Notes under the pieces: model-generated | Databases searched by the model: none | Seen by the model: only the letters and a program-made list of their open reading frames with translations | Told to the model about the DNA's origin: nothing | NCBI GenBank assembly: GCA_026415615.1 | Contig: JAOAGT010000002.1 | Span: 448,545-512,544, forward strand | From: Thermoleophilia bacterium | GTDB lineage: Bacteria; Actinomycetota; Thermoleophilia; RBG-16-64-13 | DNA: 64,000 bases | Reading direction: 5' to 3' | Made by a program: the position numbers and the translations under genes | Shown here: in pieces, positions 18,459-27,721 of the stretch | How the letters are laid out: each line of letters begins with the position of its first letter | How positions within the stretch are numbered: the stretch's first letter is position 1

Positions 18459-19610
18459 TTACTTGGCGCGCTCAAAGTCTGGATTCACGAGCCATTCCTT
18501 GAGCTTGGGGCCAATCTCGGGCCACCTCGCGATGTCTTCGGCCCACATCGACTCGCGGTACTTCAGATAGAACTGCTTTGACTCCTCAGGCGACAGGTGA
18601 ATGATCTTAATACCCGCAGCTTCAAGATCTGCCTTTACCTTTTCCACTGTCTTGTGGAAGTGGTCCGCCATGTCAATCTCGGTTTGAATCATGGCTTGGG
18701 TGAGCACGGCCTTTTGTTTCTCAGTGAGGCTCTCCCACTTCTTGAGGTTCATGATCATCATGCCGCCGCAGGAGCTGAACGGCTCGTCCAGCATAGCCTT
18801 GGTCACAGGCGTGAGTCCGAAGTCCTGAATGCCGGGGATGCCGATGTTGTAGCCGTCGACTGTCCCGCGCTCCATGGCTGTGAAGTACTCAGTAAAGTCT
18901 ATGGGCACGCAGACTGCGCCGAGGGCCTCAATGAAGGAACGGTTGGAACCGCCGGTGGCTGCGATCTTGAGCCCCTTCAAGTCAGCTAGGCCGTTGATAA
19001 CCTTGCCGAGGTAAATGACCGTCTGCTCCTGGGGACGAGACGAGACAGAGGCCCCCAAGTACTTGATGCCGTTCTTAGCAAATTCTTCCTCGTAGTACTT
19101 AAAGGCTGGGTTGCCGTTGCGCAGCTCTGGCGGGCTGTATTCAGCTCGCCCGATGGTGCTGCATCCGGGGACCATGGTGTCGCAATAGGCGGACATTACG
19201 CTCGCGATATCCATCGTGCCCCTTTGTACTGCAGCTGGCTGGTCCGGGGCGGGGATAGCCTCTGGGCCGTTGAACTTGATGGTCATCTTGCCAGCCGAGT
19301 ATTCCTGGACCTTGTTAATGAAGTCGCGGTGCCAGTCGGCTCCCGGGGGAATATCGGGCAAGAAGCAGGCCATGGAAAGCTCGATAGGCTCTACATCAGC
19401 AATTACCTGAGGCCCCGACGCAGCTGTCGTTTCTGTAGATGGCGCAGTAGTCTCAGTGGGCGCAGCCGTAGTGGTTGTCGCGGGTGCTTGGGTGGTAGCG
19501 GTGGTAGCCGGTGCGGCTGTGGTTGTGGTGGCTTCTTCCTCTCCGCACGATACCGCCAGGATAGACAGCGCAAGTACACAGCAAATGGCTATTATGGCCA
19601 GTTTCCTCAT
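18459..19610 (-). CDS. TRAP transporter substrate-binding protein (DctP family), probable lipoprotein with Thr-rich linker
   Basis: The start is moved to MRKLAIIAICCVLALSILAVSCGEE. The track ORF extends to 19736. A TTTAAP-type linker precedes a DctP-like fold. Confidence 0.85.
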   Translation of the reverse strand: MRKLAIIAICCVLALSILAVSCGEEEATTTTAAPATTATTQAPATTTTAAPTETTAPSTETTAASGPQVIADVEPIELSMACFLPDIPPGADWHRDFINKVQEYSAGKMTIKFNGPEAIPAPDQPAAVQRGTMDIASVMSAYCDTMVPGCSTIGRAEYSPPELRNGNPAFKYYEEEFAKNGIKYLGASVSSRPQEQTVIYLGKVINGLADLKGLKIAATGGSNRSFIEALGAVCVPIDFTEYFTAMERGTVDGYNIGIPGIQDFGLTPVTKAMLDEPFSSCGGMMIMNLKKWESLTEKQKAVLTQAMIQTEIDMADHFHKTVEKVKADLEAAGIKIIHLSPEESKQFYLKYRESMWAEDIARWPEIGPKLKEWLVNPDFERAK

Positions 19611-19838
19611 GGTGCCCCCCAATCCTAAGATTGCCTGATTTTGCCAAGTCTGCCTGCTGACGTGGAAGTCATTTCTCGCAAGTGCCGAGATGTGCTCTGG
19701 TCCGCTCCAACCTCCTTTGCTCCCGTTTGCTGTCAAGCCGGAACCTGTTGATCAGTGCCTCCCGGTATCGCCAAGCGTATAGCGTGGTGCTCCCGGGCCG
19801 AGACTGCTACTCCGGCGCGCCCGACTATGTTAGTGAGG

Positions 19839-19909
19839 ACTACTAGCACACGCTACTAGCGAATGCAACCGGTCTGTGTTATGTAGGACAGGTAATCGAG
19901 TTACTAGAC
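19839..19909. promoter_or_regulatory. candidate operator: CTACTAGC direct repeats in the 450-bp divergent region between dctP and tetR
   Basis: CTACTAGC occurs at 19840-19847 and 19853-19860. A third copy, TTACTAGAC, is at 19901-19909. Confidence 0.3.
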
Positions 19910-20184
19910 AGCGTTCTTACCAGGGCAAGATGCTTCCCTCGGTACTGGGAATGAAAGGCGTGACACACAACATGGACTACCTTGACTTGCCCGCGGGCAA
20001 GAAAGAAAACACCAAGAAGGATGACGGTACTGGCCCTGAGGGCAACAGTTCGTCGCCACAGACCGGAACCACCCTCACCACCCACACCCGTGAGATCTCG
20101 GGAACTGTAGCTCGCAGTAGTGAGACCGCGGGAACAAACGGAGGAGGCAGCAAGAGGAGCTCCGTATCTCTGCGGTGGAAGACC

Positions 20185-20832
20185 ATGAAGCCCGAACAAA
20201 AGAAGGAGGCGGTTATCAAAGCCGTACTGCGGGTGATAGCCAAACACGGGGTTCAAGGTACCACCACCGCTCGTATCGCTGCAGCTCTGGGGGTATCTGA
20301 GCCGACCATCTACCGAGTTTTCCCGAGCCGGCGGGAAATGCTTCTGGCTGCGGCGCAAAGTCTATGGCGGCAACGCCGTGAAGAGCTCGAGGCGTTTGTT
20401 CCAGTTGACGCTATGGACTATCTAAGGAAGTTATCTGCGCATCACACCGCTGGCATCCAGAAAACCAGAGTAACCCGGTATCTTTACGAGCTTTCGGTTG
20501 CGCGGCCTTCTGATGGACTCCGTGACTACTTGCGCGGGGAAATGATCGCCGAAGCAGAACGTCTTGCGGCTATTGTGGAGCAAGGACAAAAAGAAGGGTG
20601 CATCCGTGCAGACGTAGACCCCGGGGAAACAGCCTGGCGGATCATGACCGTTTACTGGCTTGAGGCTATGGCCCGGCTCCATGGGCTTGAGGACATTCTT
20701 CTCACCGGGTTTTCCACCCGGTTTTTCGACGGGATCCTAACCGACATTGCTGCCGCGCCTCTAGATGCACCAGGTGAGCAGCAAACTGTAGGGCAAAGTA
20801 GCGTCAAAGCGAGCGGTCTTGAGGGAGTGTGA
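20185..20832 (+). CDS. TetR/AcrR family transcriptional regulator
   Basis: KAVLRVIAKHGVQGTTTARIAAALGVSEPTIYRVFPSRREM is the TetR HTH. I moved the start to MKPEQKK. The 103 aa the track puts upstream are low-complexity, so they are not called. Confidence 0.8.
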   Translation: MKPEQKKEAVIKAVLRVIAKHGVQGTTTARIAAALGVSEPTIYRVFPSRREMLLAAAQSLWRQRREELEAFVPVDAMDYLRKLSAHHTAGIQKTRVTRYLYELSVARPSDGLRDYLRGEMIAEAERLAAIVEQGQKEGCIRADVDPGETAWRIMTVYWLEAMARLHGLEDILLTGFSTRFFDGILTDIAAAPLDAPGEQQTVGQSSVKASGLEGV

Positions 20833-20836
20833 ATAG

Positions 20837-22093
20837 ATGGATCACCAGTCTCCGCAAGTCTTGTACCAAGAGAGATTAAAGAGGATTGAGGACGCCATAG
20901 CACTGCGCCAGCCGGATAGAGTCCCGATCGTGATGTCTGCCGGATATTTTCTGGCTGATCTGGGAGGCATTACCAAACAGCAGCTGCTTGAGGACCCTGA
21001 ACTTTGCCAACAGCTGCTAGAAAAGGCCGCCCTTGAATTTCAGCCTGATTCAATCTGGGGTCCTATGCCGGCGGATCCAACTCCCTCCCTTATTCTGGGG
21101 GACAGACAGAGCGCTTGGCCCGGACACCAGCTTTCGCCCAACAGCCAGTTCCAGTTCGTTGAAGGCGAATTCATGAAGGAAGACGAGTACGAGGAATTCC
21201 TGGAAGATCCCACCGACTGGACCATCCGCACCTATTTGCCGCGGGTGTTTGGGGCGCTTGAAAGCTTTGCGCAGCTGCCGCCTCCGATTCTGTTCCTGTT
21301 TGGCGGGGGTTTTGGCCTTTCTAATTTTGCAATGCTGACCTCAGGGGCATTCGCGGAGTCTTTCAAAGCTTTTGCCAAGGCCTTACAGGCGGTAGCCGAA
21401 GGCCATGAGCGGGCAGCCAGAAATCATGAGCGCATGGCGGCGTTGGGTTTTCCGCCGAGCTTCATGAACGGTCCGATTCTAACCGCTCCCTTCGACGTGA
21501 TGTCTGATGCGGTTCGTGGGATGCGCGGCATTATGCTCGACGTTATTCGGCGTCCCGACAAGCTGCTTGCGGCGCAAGAAAAGGTGATGCGCTTTGAGCT
21601 TAAGTGGGCTCTTGATTTTTGCCGGGCTACGGGCGCAAAGAGAGCTTTTCTGCCTCTTCACAGGGGGTCGGATGGCTTCATGTCGCTGAAGCAGTTTGAG
21701 ACCTTGTACTGGCCGCAGCTGAAGAAGGTTCTCGAGACCCTCATAGAGAACGGCGTGACCCCCGTGGTGTTCTACGAAGGCTGCTGGAATCAAAGACTGG
21801 AGTATCTAGCGGAGCTACCCAAGGGCAAGAGCGTAGGATGGTTCCAAGCAAGCGACATCTTCAAAGTCAAGGAAGTGCTTGGCGACACCATGTGCATCAT
21901 GGGGGGGATGCCAAACTCGCTGCTTAAGGCTGGTCCTGCCGAGGAGGTGCGTGCGTTCACCAAACGCCTTTGCGAAGAGGTTGGCAAGGGCGGGGGATTC
22001 ATCATGACCACCGCGGTTGGCGAATTGGCTGGCTGCGATCCGGATCTCATCAAGGTGTGGGTGGAGGCGACCAAGGAATTTGGGAAAGCTTAG
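20837..22093 (+). CDS. uroporphyrinogen-decarboxylase (URO-D) family protein, MtaA/CmuA-like methyltransferase or decarboxylase
   Basis: 418 aa. The N-terminal RLKRIEDAIALRQPDRVPI, then FKVKEVLGDTMCIMGGM, EEVRAFTKRL and GGGFIMTTAVGE resemble the URO-D TIM-barrel family used by corrinoid-dependent methyltransferases. Confidence 0.5.
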   Translation: MDHQSPQVLYQERLKRIEDAIALRQPDRVPIVMSAGYFLADLGGITKQQLLEDPELCQQLLEKAALEFQPDSIWGPMPADPTPSLILGDRQSAWPGHQLSPNSQFQFVEGEFMKEDEYEEFLEDPTDWTIRTYLPRVFGALESFAQLPPPILFLFGGGFGLSNFAMLTSGAFAESFKAFAKALQAVAEGHERAARNHERMAALGFPPSFMNGPILTAPFDVMSDAVRGMRGIMLDVIRRPDKLLAAQEKVMRFELKWALDFCRATGAKRAFLPLHRGSDGFMSLKQFETLYWPQLKKVLETLIENGVTPVVFYEGCWNQRLEYLAELPKGKSVGWFQASDIFKVKEVLGDTMCIMGGMPNSLLKAGPAEEVRAFTKRLCEEVGKGGGFIMTTAVGELAGCDPDLIKVWVEATKEFGKA

Positions 22094-22123
22094 CAAAGCA
22101 CAGGAAAGCTTAGGAATGAAACC

Positions 22124-22858
22124 ATGGACCTCAAGTTGAAGGATAAAGTTGCGCTCGTTACAGGAGCAGGGAGTCCCATAGGCTATGGCAGGGCAATTGC
22201 TCTCACCCTGGCCGAAGAGGGCTGTCGAGTTGCCTGTGCTGACCTACGACTTGACTGGGCAGAGGAGACCGCTGCCCTAATCAGAGAGGCAGGCGGCGAA
22301 GCCTTCGCAGTCAAGGTTGACGTGACCGACATGGCCCAGGTGGAGGCCATGGTGGAGGCGGTTGTTGCCCGATACGGGCGGATCGACATTCTCGTTAACA
22401 ACGCTGGCAAAAGCAGCATCGACAAACCTTTCATGGAAAAGACCCGGGCAGACTGGGATCTCGATATTCAGGTGAATTTGTATGGCCAAATGAACGTGGC
22501 GCGCGCAGTGATTCCTCACATGGCCAGGCAAGGCTATGGGCGCATCATTAACACTTCCGGCGGGCAGGGCTTGCCGACCGTATCCACTTACGGAGCAGCC
22601 AAAGCAGGGGTGGAAGCATTTACACATTCGTTGGCCATGGAGGTTGCCTCCTTGGGGATCATCGTAAACGCCATTGCCCCGGGGCTGGGGGAGACCGGCC
22701 TGATTTCGGCCAGCGAAGAACACAAAGAGGGGTATCGGCGTATGTCGGCCCTAAAACGCCTTTGCACTCCAGCCGACGTGGCACCTGCGGTGGCGTTTCT
22801 AGCTTCGGATGTTTGTAGCTACATGGTTGGGCAGTGCCTCAGGTTGAGTACCCACTAG
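22124..22858 (+). CDS. short-chain dehydrogenase/reductase (SDR), FabG-like
   Basis: ALVTGAGSPIGYG, NNAG, YGAAKAG (YxxxK) and PG. Confidence 0.9.
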   Translation: MDLKLKDKVALVTGAGSPIGYGRAIALTLAEEGCRVACADLRLDWAEETAALIREAGGEAFAVKVDVTDMAQVEAMVEAVVARYGRIDILVNNAGKSSIDKPFMEKTRADWDLDIQVNLYGQMNVARAVIPHMARQGYGRIINTSGGQGLPTVSTYGAAKAGVEAFTHSLAMEVASLGIIVNAIAPGLGETGLISASEEHKEGYRRMSALKRLCTPADVAPAVAFLASDVCSYMVGQCLRLSTH

Positions 22859-22873
22859 CAAGGAGTACCAGTC

Positions 22874-23095
22874 ATGGCCATACGTCACTTTAGTCGTGAC
22901 GATTGCACGGGATGCGGGATATGTGTCGCTGCGTGTCCCATGGATGTGCTTCGTCTGGATGAGGAAGCGCAGAAGGCAACCGTAAGCTATCCCGACGACT
23001 GCATCGCCTGCTGGGGTTGCGAGTCGTTCTGTCCGCAGGGTTGTTTCGATATTTCTCCCGAACGGGCCCGCGGGGAGCTACCCGCTCCTTACTGA
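22874..23095 (+). CDS. 2x[4Fe-4S] ferredoxin
   Basis: CTGCGICVAACP and CIACWGCESFCP. 73 aa. Confidence 0.85.
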   Translation: MAIRHFSRDDCTGCGICVAACPMDVLRLDEEAQKATVSYPDDCIACWGCESFCPQGCFDISPERARGELPAPY

Positions 23096-23118
23096 GTCTC
23101 GCGGAGTAACAAAGGCGA

Positions 23119-24849
23119 GTGGGAAGGAAAGACATGAGAGGCTGGGATCAAACGCCGGTTAGGATTGCTGCCGATGTGCTGGTGCTGGGAGCGGGCGGTG
23201 CTGGCATGTGTGCGGCGCTTAAAGCGCGGGAAATCGGCGCTGATGTTCTGATGGTAGACAAGTGCGGCATCGGCTACAACGGGCAGGTGCCTATCGGGGG
23301 CGGCATACTCGCGTACATTTACCCCTCCTACGTAGAGACGTGGGTTGAGAAAGTTACCCGCCAGAGCCATTTCTTCAACAACCAGGAATGGACGTATCTC
23401 TTTGGCCGCTCAATGGACCCAGTTACTACTGAGCTTGCGAAGCTAGGGCTCACATTCTTGCGGAAAGAGGGCGAGATCGAGATTCTAACCTGGGGTCCAA
23501 ATATCCATGTGACGCTATTTGACGCGCCCAAGTCCTTAGTGGCCCTAAAAAGAACAGCCGCCGCCCGGGGCGTGCGCATGATGGACAAGATTTTTGCTGT
23601 CGATCTGCTCAAGAAAGACGACCGTGTGGTAGGAGCGGTGGCCTTTGGGTTGGTAGATGGGCGGGTTTATGTTTTTGATGCCAAGGCAGTAATTGTTGCC
23701 ACCGGGAACTGCGGCTACCAGCATGAAAAAACTTACAGCTCCGTCCAAGGCGAGGGCCCAGCTATGGGTTATCGAGCGGGGGCCAAACTCACCAACGCCG
23801 AGTTCAACAGCATGTACGTGTGGGGAGCTAAGGTCCTTGGCAAGGAGTTAATGGGCATCCATTACTACCTGTATCTCGAGAACGCCCGGGGAGAAAAGAT
23901 TATGGGCAAGCACTATCCGGAGCTGATGGTAGGAAAGCATGCCGTCTACACCTTTGATCCTCGGGTTATTGACGCCATGTACAAAGAGGTCCAGGCTGGG
24001 CTAGGACCCATCTATCTAAACCTCACGGGGCTGAGCGAGGAAGAAATTGCAGGGCTTGCCGAAGACGTCGTGGAAGAACTCTCTCATCTTATGGCAAACG
24101 ACTCCATGCGTTTGCTTCGGGAAAAGGCCGGCATTGATCCCACGAAAGAGCGCATCGAAATGTGGCCTCGTCTGTTGTACACGGGGGGCGGCATGCTGGT
24201 GGACACAGAGTGTCGAACGACTGTCCCAGGTCTTTGGGCGGCGGGGGGAGCGTGCAGCACCTTGTGGACTAACGGCGGCGGTGGTCAGGGCGGTCTAGGG
24301 GTACAGAACGCCGCGGTTACTGGATTTGTCGCTGGGGAGAGTGCAGCCAAATGGGCGGCGGAGACAACGCTTGTGCGCGCCGATGATGCCCATGTTGAGC
24401 AAGTTGTGGGGCGGATTATTGAGCCGCTTGTGCGGGAAGGGGCGGGCGACCCGTACGAGGTCACCTACCGAGTACATGAAGCAATAGTTCCCATGAAGTA
24501 CAACCGCATCCGAGAGGCTACTAGGATGCGTGAGGCACTGGGGATCTTGGCGGATGCGCGCGAAAAACTGTCTCGTATAAGCGTCCGCAATTTCCACGAT
24601 CTAGCCCGTTATCACTCAGCAGAAAGCATGCTGATGGCGGCGGAGTTTACCTACCAGGCTGCTTTAATGCGCCAGGAGAGCAGAAGCCAGCACTATAGAG
24701 AAGATTTCCCCGCGCGAGACGACGCAAATTGGCTTAAGTGGATCACGATCGAAAAGGGGGCAAACGGCCCCGAGCTTGGTGTTGTACCCGTGCCCTTGGA
24801 GAAGTACCCGCTCAAACCAGACTGGTGGCCAGCATTGAGCGGGAATTAG
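23119..24849 (+). CDS. FAD-dependent oxidoreductase, fumarate reductase/succinate dehydrogenase flavoprotein-like
   Basis: VLVLGAGGAGMCAAL (GxGxxG) and a C-terminal HYREDFPARDDANWLKW like the FrdA/SdhA tail. It lies directly after the small ferredoxin. Confidence 0.8.
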   Translation: MGRKDMRGWDQTPVRIAADVLVLGAGGAGMCAALKAREIGADVLMVDKCGIGYNGQVPIGGGILAYIYPSYVETWVEKVTRQSHFFNNQEWTYLFGRSMDPVTTELAKLGLTFLRKEGEIEILTWGPNIHVTLFDAPKSLVALKRTAAARGVRMMDKIFAVDLLKKDDRVVGAVAFGLVDGRVYVFDAKAVIVATGNCGYQHEKTYSSVQGEGPAMGYRAGAKLTNAEFNSMYVWGAKVLGKELMGIHYYLYLENARGEKIMGKHYPELMVGKHAVYTFDPRVIDAMYKEVQAGLGPIYLNLTGLSEEEIAGLAEDVVEELSHLMANDSMRLLREKAGIDPTKERIEMWPRLLYTGGGMLVDTECRTTVPGLWAAGGACSTLWTNGGGGQGGLGVQNAAVTGFVAGESAAKWAAETTLVRADDAHVEQVVGRIIEPLVREGAGDPYEVTYRVHEAIVPMKYNRIREATRMREALGILADAREKLSRISVRNFHDLARYHSAESMLMAAEFTYQAALMRQESRSQHYREDFPARDDANWLKWITIEKGANGPELGVVPVPLEKYPLKPDWWPALSGN

Positions 24850-24900
24850 CTGGTAGTTGGATAGGCGGCCCTCAACGGTAAAGGAGGCGGGAAGAGCGCG

Positions 24901-26367
24901 ATGGTAAGCAAAGAAAGACTGGCAGAGATAGTAGGGGCTGCGAATGTCAGCAGCGAGCCGGATGTTCTTGAGCAGTACGCCAGGGACGTGAGTTTTGTCA
25001 ATCATACAAGACCGGCGTACGTGGTTAAGCCCCATACCGCCCAGGAGGTCAAGGACCTTGTCAAACTGGCCAACGAGAGCCGTACGCCTCTGGTGCCAGT
25101 GAGCTCGGGCCCACCGCACTTTCGGGGAGATACGGTGCCCACAGCGGGCGGGGCGGTGGTGGTAGACCTGAGTGAGATGAAACGCATCGTGTTTGTGGAT
25201 CGCCCGCGCAGAGTGGCCATGGTTGAGCCAGGCGTGACCTTTGGAGAACTCATTCCGGCTGCCACCAAGGAAGGGATTAGGCTAAACATGCCTCTCTTGC
25301 CTAGAACGACCAAGACAGTCGTGGGCAGCATGTTAGAGAGGGAACCTGTGGTCATGCCCAAGTATCAGTGGGACATCTCCGATCCCTTGGCGTGCGTTGA
25401 GGTAATCTTCGGCACGGGTGACGACTTCCGCACGGGCCAGGCCGCTGGACCCGGCACCATCGAAGAGCAGTGGCAGGTCGGGGGAGTGCAGAAAGCCCCC
25501 TACGGGCCTCACATTACCGCGTGGCATAGGCTCATTCAGGGAGCTCAGGGAACCATCGGAATCGTGACCTGGGCCTCTTTGCGCTGTGAGCTGCTGCCTC
25601 GGTTACAGGAGCCTTACGTCGTAGCAAGTGCGCAGCTGGGACCTTTGGTGGAGATGGCAGCCTGGTTGATTCGGCTAAGGATGGCCAACGAGTGCTTCAT
25701 TTTGTCGAATGCCAACCTGGCTGCGATCTTTGCCGAAGACTGGCCAAACGATTACGTCAAGCTAAAAGCCTCTCTGCCCTCTTGGACATTGTTCTACGTT
25801 CTGGCCGGCTACGAGTACTTCCCCGAAGAGAGGGTGGCGTCATATCAGAAGCAAGTCGTATCTCTTTGTCAGCGCCTAGCTCTGGAGCCGCTGCGGGCGG
25901 TGGGCGGACTTTCTGCGCGCAGCATCATGAAAGCTGTGCAGAACGTGTGCCCCGAACCCTACTGGAAGCTCCGCTACAAAGGCGCCTCAGAGGACGTGTT
26001 CTTCCTTACCACCAACGACAAGGTGGAAGGATTTGTAAGTACGATGCAGGCTCTTGCTGCCGAGGTAGGGTACGCTGCCTCTGACTTAGGAGTCTATGTC
26101 CAGCCAGTGGTGCAAGGTACGGCTTGTCACGTAGAGTTCAACCTCTTCTACGATCCAGGTGACAGCAAAGAAGTCGAGCGGACTAGATGTCTTGCCGGCA
26201 TTGCCACGAAAGCGTTCTTGGATGATGGCGCCTTCTTCTCTCGTCCATACGGCGAGTATGCCCGGGACATCATGAATCGCGATGCTGCGTCGCTAGATGT
26301 GCTTAAGAAGCTGAAGGGGATCTTTGATCCCAACAACATCATGAACCCGGGCAAGCTTTGCTTCTGA
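24901..26367 (+). CDS. FAD-linked oxidase (PCMH/FAD_binding_4 type), GlcD-like
   Basis: The FAD-binding N-terminal domain (VVKPHTAQEVKDLVKLANESRTPLVPVSSG...) and oxidase C-terminal domain are present. Confidence 0.8.
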   Translation: MVSKERLAEIVGAANVSSEPDVLEQYARDVSFVNHTRPAYVVKPHTAQEVKDLVKLANESRTPLVPVSSGPPHFRGDTVPTAGGAVVVDLSEMKRIVFVDRPRRVAMVEPGVTFGELIPAATKEGIRLNMPLLPRTTKTVVGSMLEREPVVMPKYQWDISDPLACVEVIFGTGDDFRTGQAAGPGTIEEQWQVGGVQKAPYGPHITAWHRLIQGAQGTIGIVTWASLRCELLPRLQEPYVVASAQLGPLVEMAAWLIRLRMANECFILSNANLAAIFAEDWPNDYVKLKASLPSWTLFYVLAGYEYFPEERVASYQKQVVSLCQRLALEPLRAVGGLSARSIMKAVQNVCPEPYWKLRYKGASEDVFFLTTNDKVEGFVSTMQALAAEVGYAASDLGVYVQPVVQGTACHVEFNLFYDPGDSKEVERTRCLAGIATKAFLDDGAFFSRPYGEYARDIMNRDAASLDVLKKLKGIFDPNNIMNPGKLCF

Positions 26368-26429
26368 GCTTTGCTTCTGAGGCGAGGCCTGTTGGTGAGA
26401 CATTGGTCGTAGCAGAAGGAAGGAGCGAG

Positions 26430-27704
26430 ATGGCATTAGAAGATTACGCCGGTGACATGAACATGTGTTGCCGCTGCTCGGCATGCAAGTTCATACCACT
26501 GCAGATGATCAAAGGGTATAAGCATGCCTATGTGTGCCCCAGCATCTCCCGGTACAACTTCCACTTCTTCTCTGGCGGCGGCAGACTGAACCTGGGGGTG
26601 GCGGGGCTGGAGCAGGGGTTCAAATACACGCCCTGGTACCTCTCCAGTGTCTATAACTGTCAGCAATGCGGCGCCTGCGACGTGTCCTGCAAGTACGGCA
26701 TGGACATGGAGGTCCTGCTTCCCATCCAGGAGCTTCGCATCAAGGCAGTGGAAGACGGGCATGCGCATCCGGCTCTGGCGCGCGTGGTGGAGCGGATGAA
26801 CAAGACCGGGAGCATGGTCCCCATGGAAGGGGCAAGCCGTGGGGACTGGGCTGCGGACTTGGGCCTCAAAGACGCCACCCAAGAGAAGGTGGAGGTTCTC
26901 TACCACGTAGGGTGCCTGACCAGCTTTGATAAGGATATGCAGGCGGTGGCTCGGGCGACGGCCAAGGTACTTGGCGCGGCCGGGATTGACTTTGGCATCC
27001 TGGGCGATGCCGAGACCTGCTGTGGGGGGCGCGCCTACGAGATGGGCCACAAGAATGACTTCATGACTCAGGCCAAGAAGAGCATGGAGGTCATCCGGTC
27101 CACTGGGGCAAAATTCCTGGTCACGAGCTGCGCCGAGTGCTACCAGGCCTACAAGGTTCTCTACGATCGTTTTGGCCTACGGAATGATTCGGAGCTTAAG
27201 GTTCTCCATACCTCTCAGCTTCTAGACGAGGTGATAAGCCAGGGCAACCTCAAGCTAAGTGGCCGGGTCGATCTGTGTGTTACTTATCACGATCCTTGCC
27301 ATCTGGGCAGACTAGGAGAGCCCTGGATCCACTGGCAGGGTAAAAAAGTGCCGGGCGACCGCTTCATCTTTGACCCGCCGAAGCCTTACCGCCGCGGCAC
27401 TAACGGGGTATACGAGCCGCCGCGCCGGGTGCTAAAAAGCGTACCCGGGGTGATTCTCGAGGAGATGGACCGCATAAAGGAATACGCGTGGTGCGCTGGT
27501 TCGTGCGGTGGTGTTACCGACTCCAATCCGGAGTTTGCCGAATGGACCGCCGAGCAGCGTCTCGAAGAGGCGCTCTGCACAGGCGCGGAGGCGATTGTCT
27601 CGGCTACCCCGTGGGGCGAGAAGCTCCTGCGCGATGTCGCAAAGAAGAACGACGTGCAGCTCGAGGTTTATGACCTTGTTGAACTGGTCGCCCAGGCTAT
27701 CTAG
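26430..27704 (+). CDS. Fe-S oxidoreductase with two 4Fe-4S motifs and two CCG domains (GlcF/HdrD-like)
   Basis: CxxCxxC..CP and CQQCGACDVSC, then CCGG and CAGSCGG cysteine-rich CCG motifs. I moved the start to MALEDY, which is preceded by AGGAAGGAG. Confidence 0.75.
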   Translation: MALEDYAGDMNMCCRCSACKFIPLQMIKGYKHAYVCPSISRYNFHFFSGGGRLNLGVAGLEQGFKYTPWYLSSVYNCQQCGACDVSCKYGMDMEVLLPIQELRIKAVEDGHAHPALARVVERMNKTGSMVPMEGASRGDWAADLGLKDATQEKVEVLYHVGCLTSFDKDMQAVARATAKVLGAAGIDFGILGDAETCCGGRAYEMGHKNDFMTQAKKSMEVIRSTGAKFLVTSCAECYQAYKVLYDRFGLRNDSELKVLHTSQLLDEVISQGNLKLSGRVDLCVTYHDPCHLGRLGEPWIHWQGKKVPGDRFIFDPPKPYRRGTNGVYEPPRRVLKSVPGVILEEMDRIKEYAWCAGSCGGVTDSNPEFAEWTAEQRLEEALCTGAEAIVSATPWGEKLLRDVAKKNDVQLEVYDLVELVAQAI

Positions 27705-27721
27705 GAAGGAGGTCGAAAGCC

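Noticed and set aside
19876-20184. N-terminal 103-aa extension of the TetR ORF, and the antisense ORFs 19879-20358 and 19977-20243
   Set aside because: The extension is low-complexity (G/T/S-rich) with no RBS. The canonical TetR HTH begins right after the internal Met at 20185, which has a plausible RBS. The antisense ORFs overlap the TetR gene and show GC-frame bias only.
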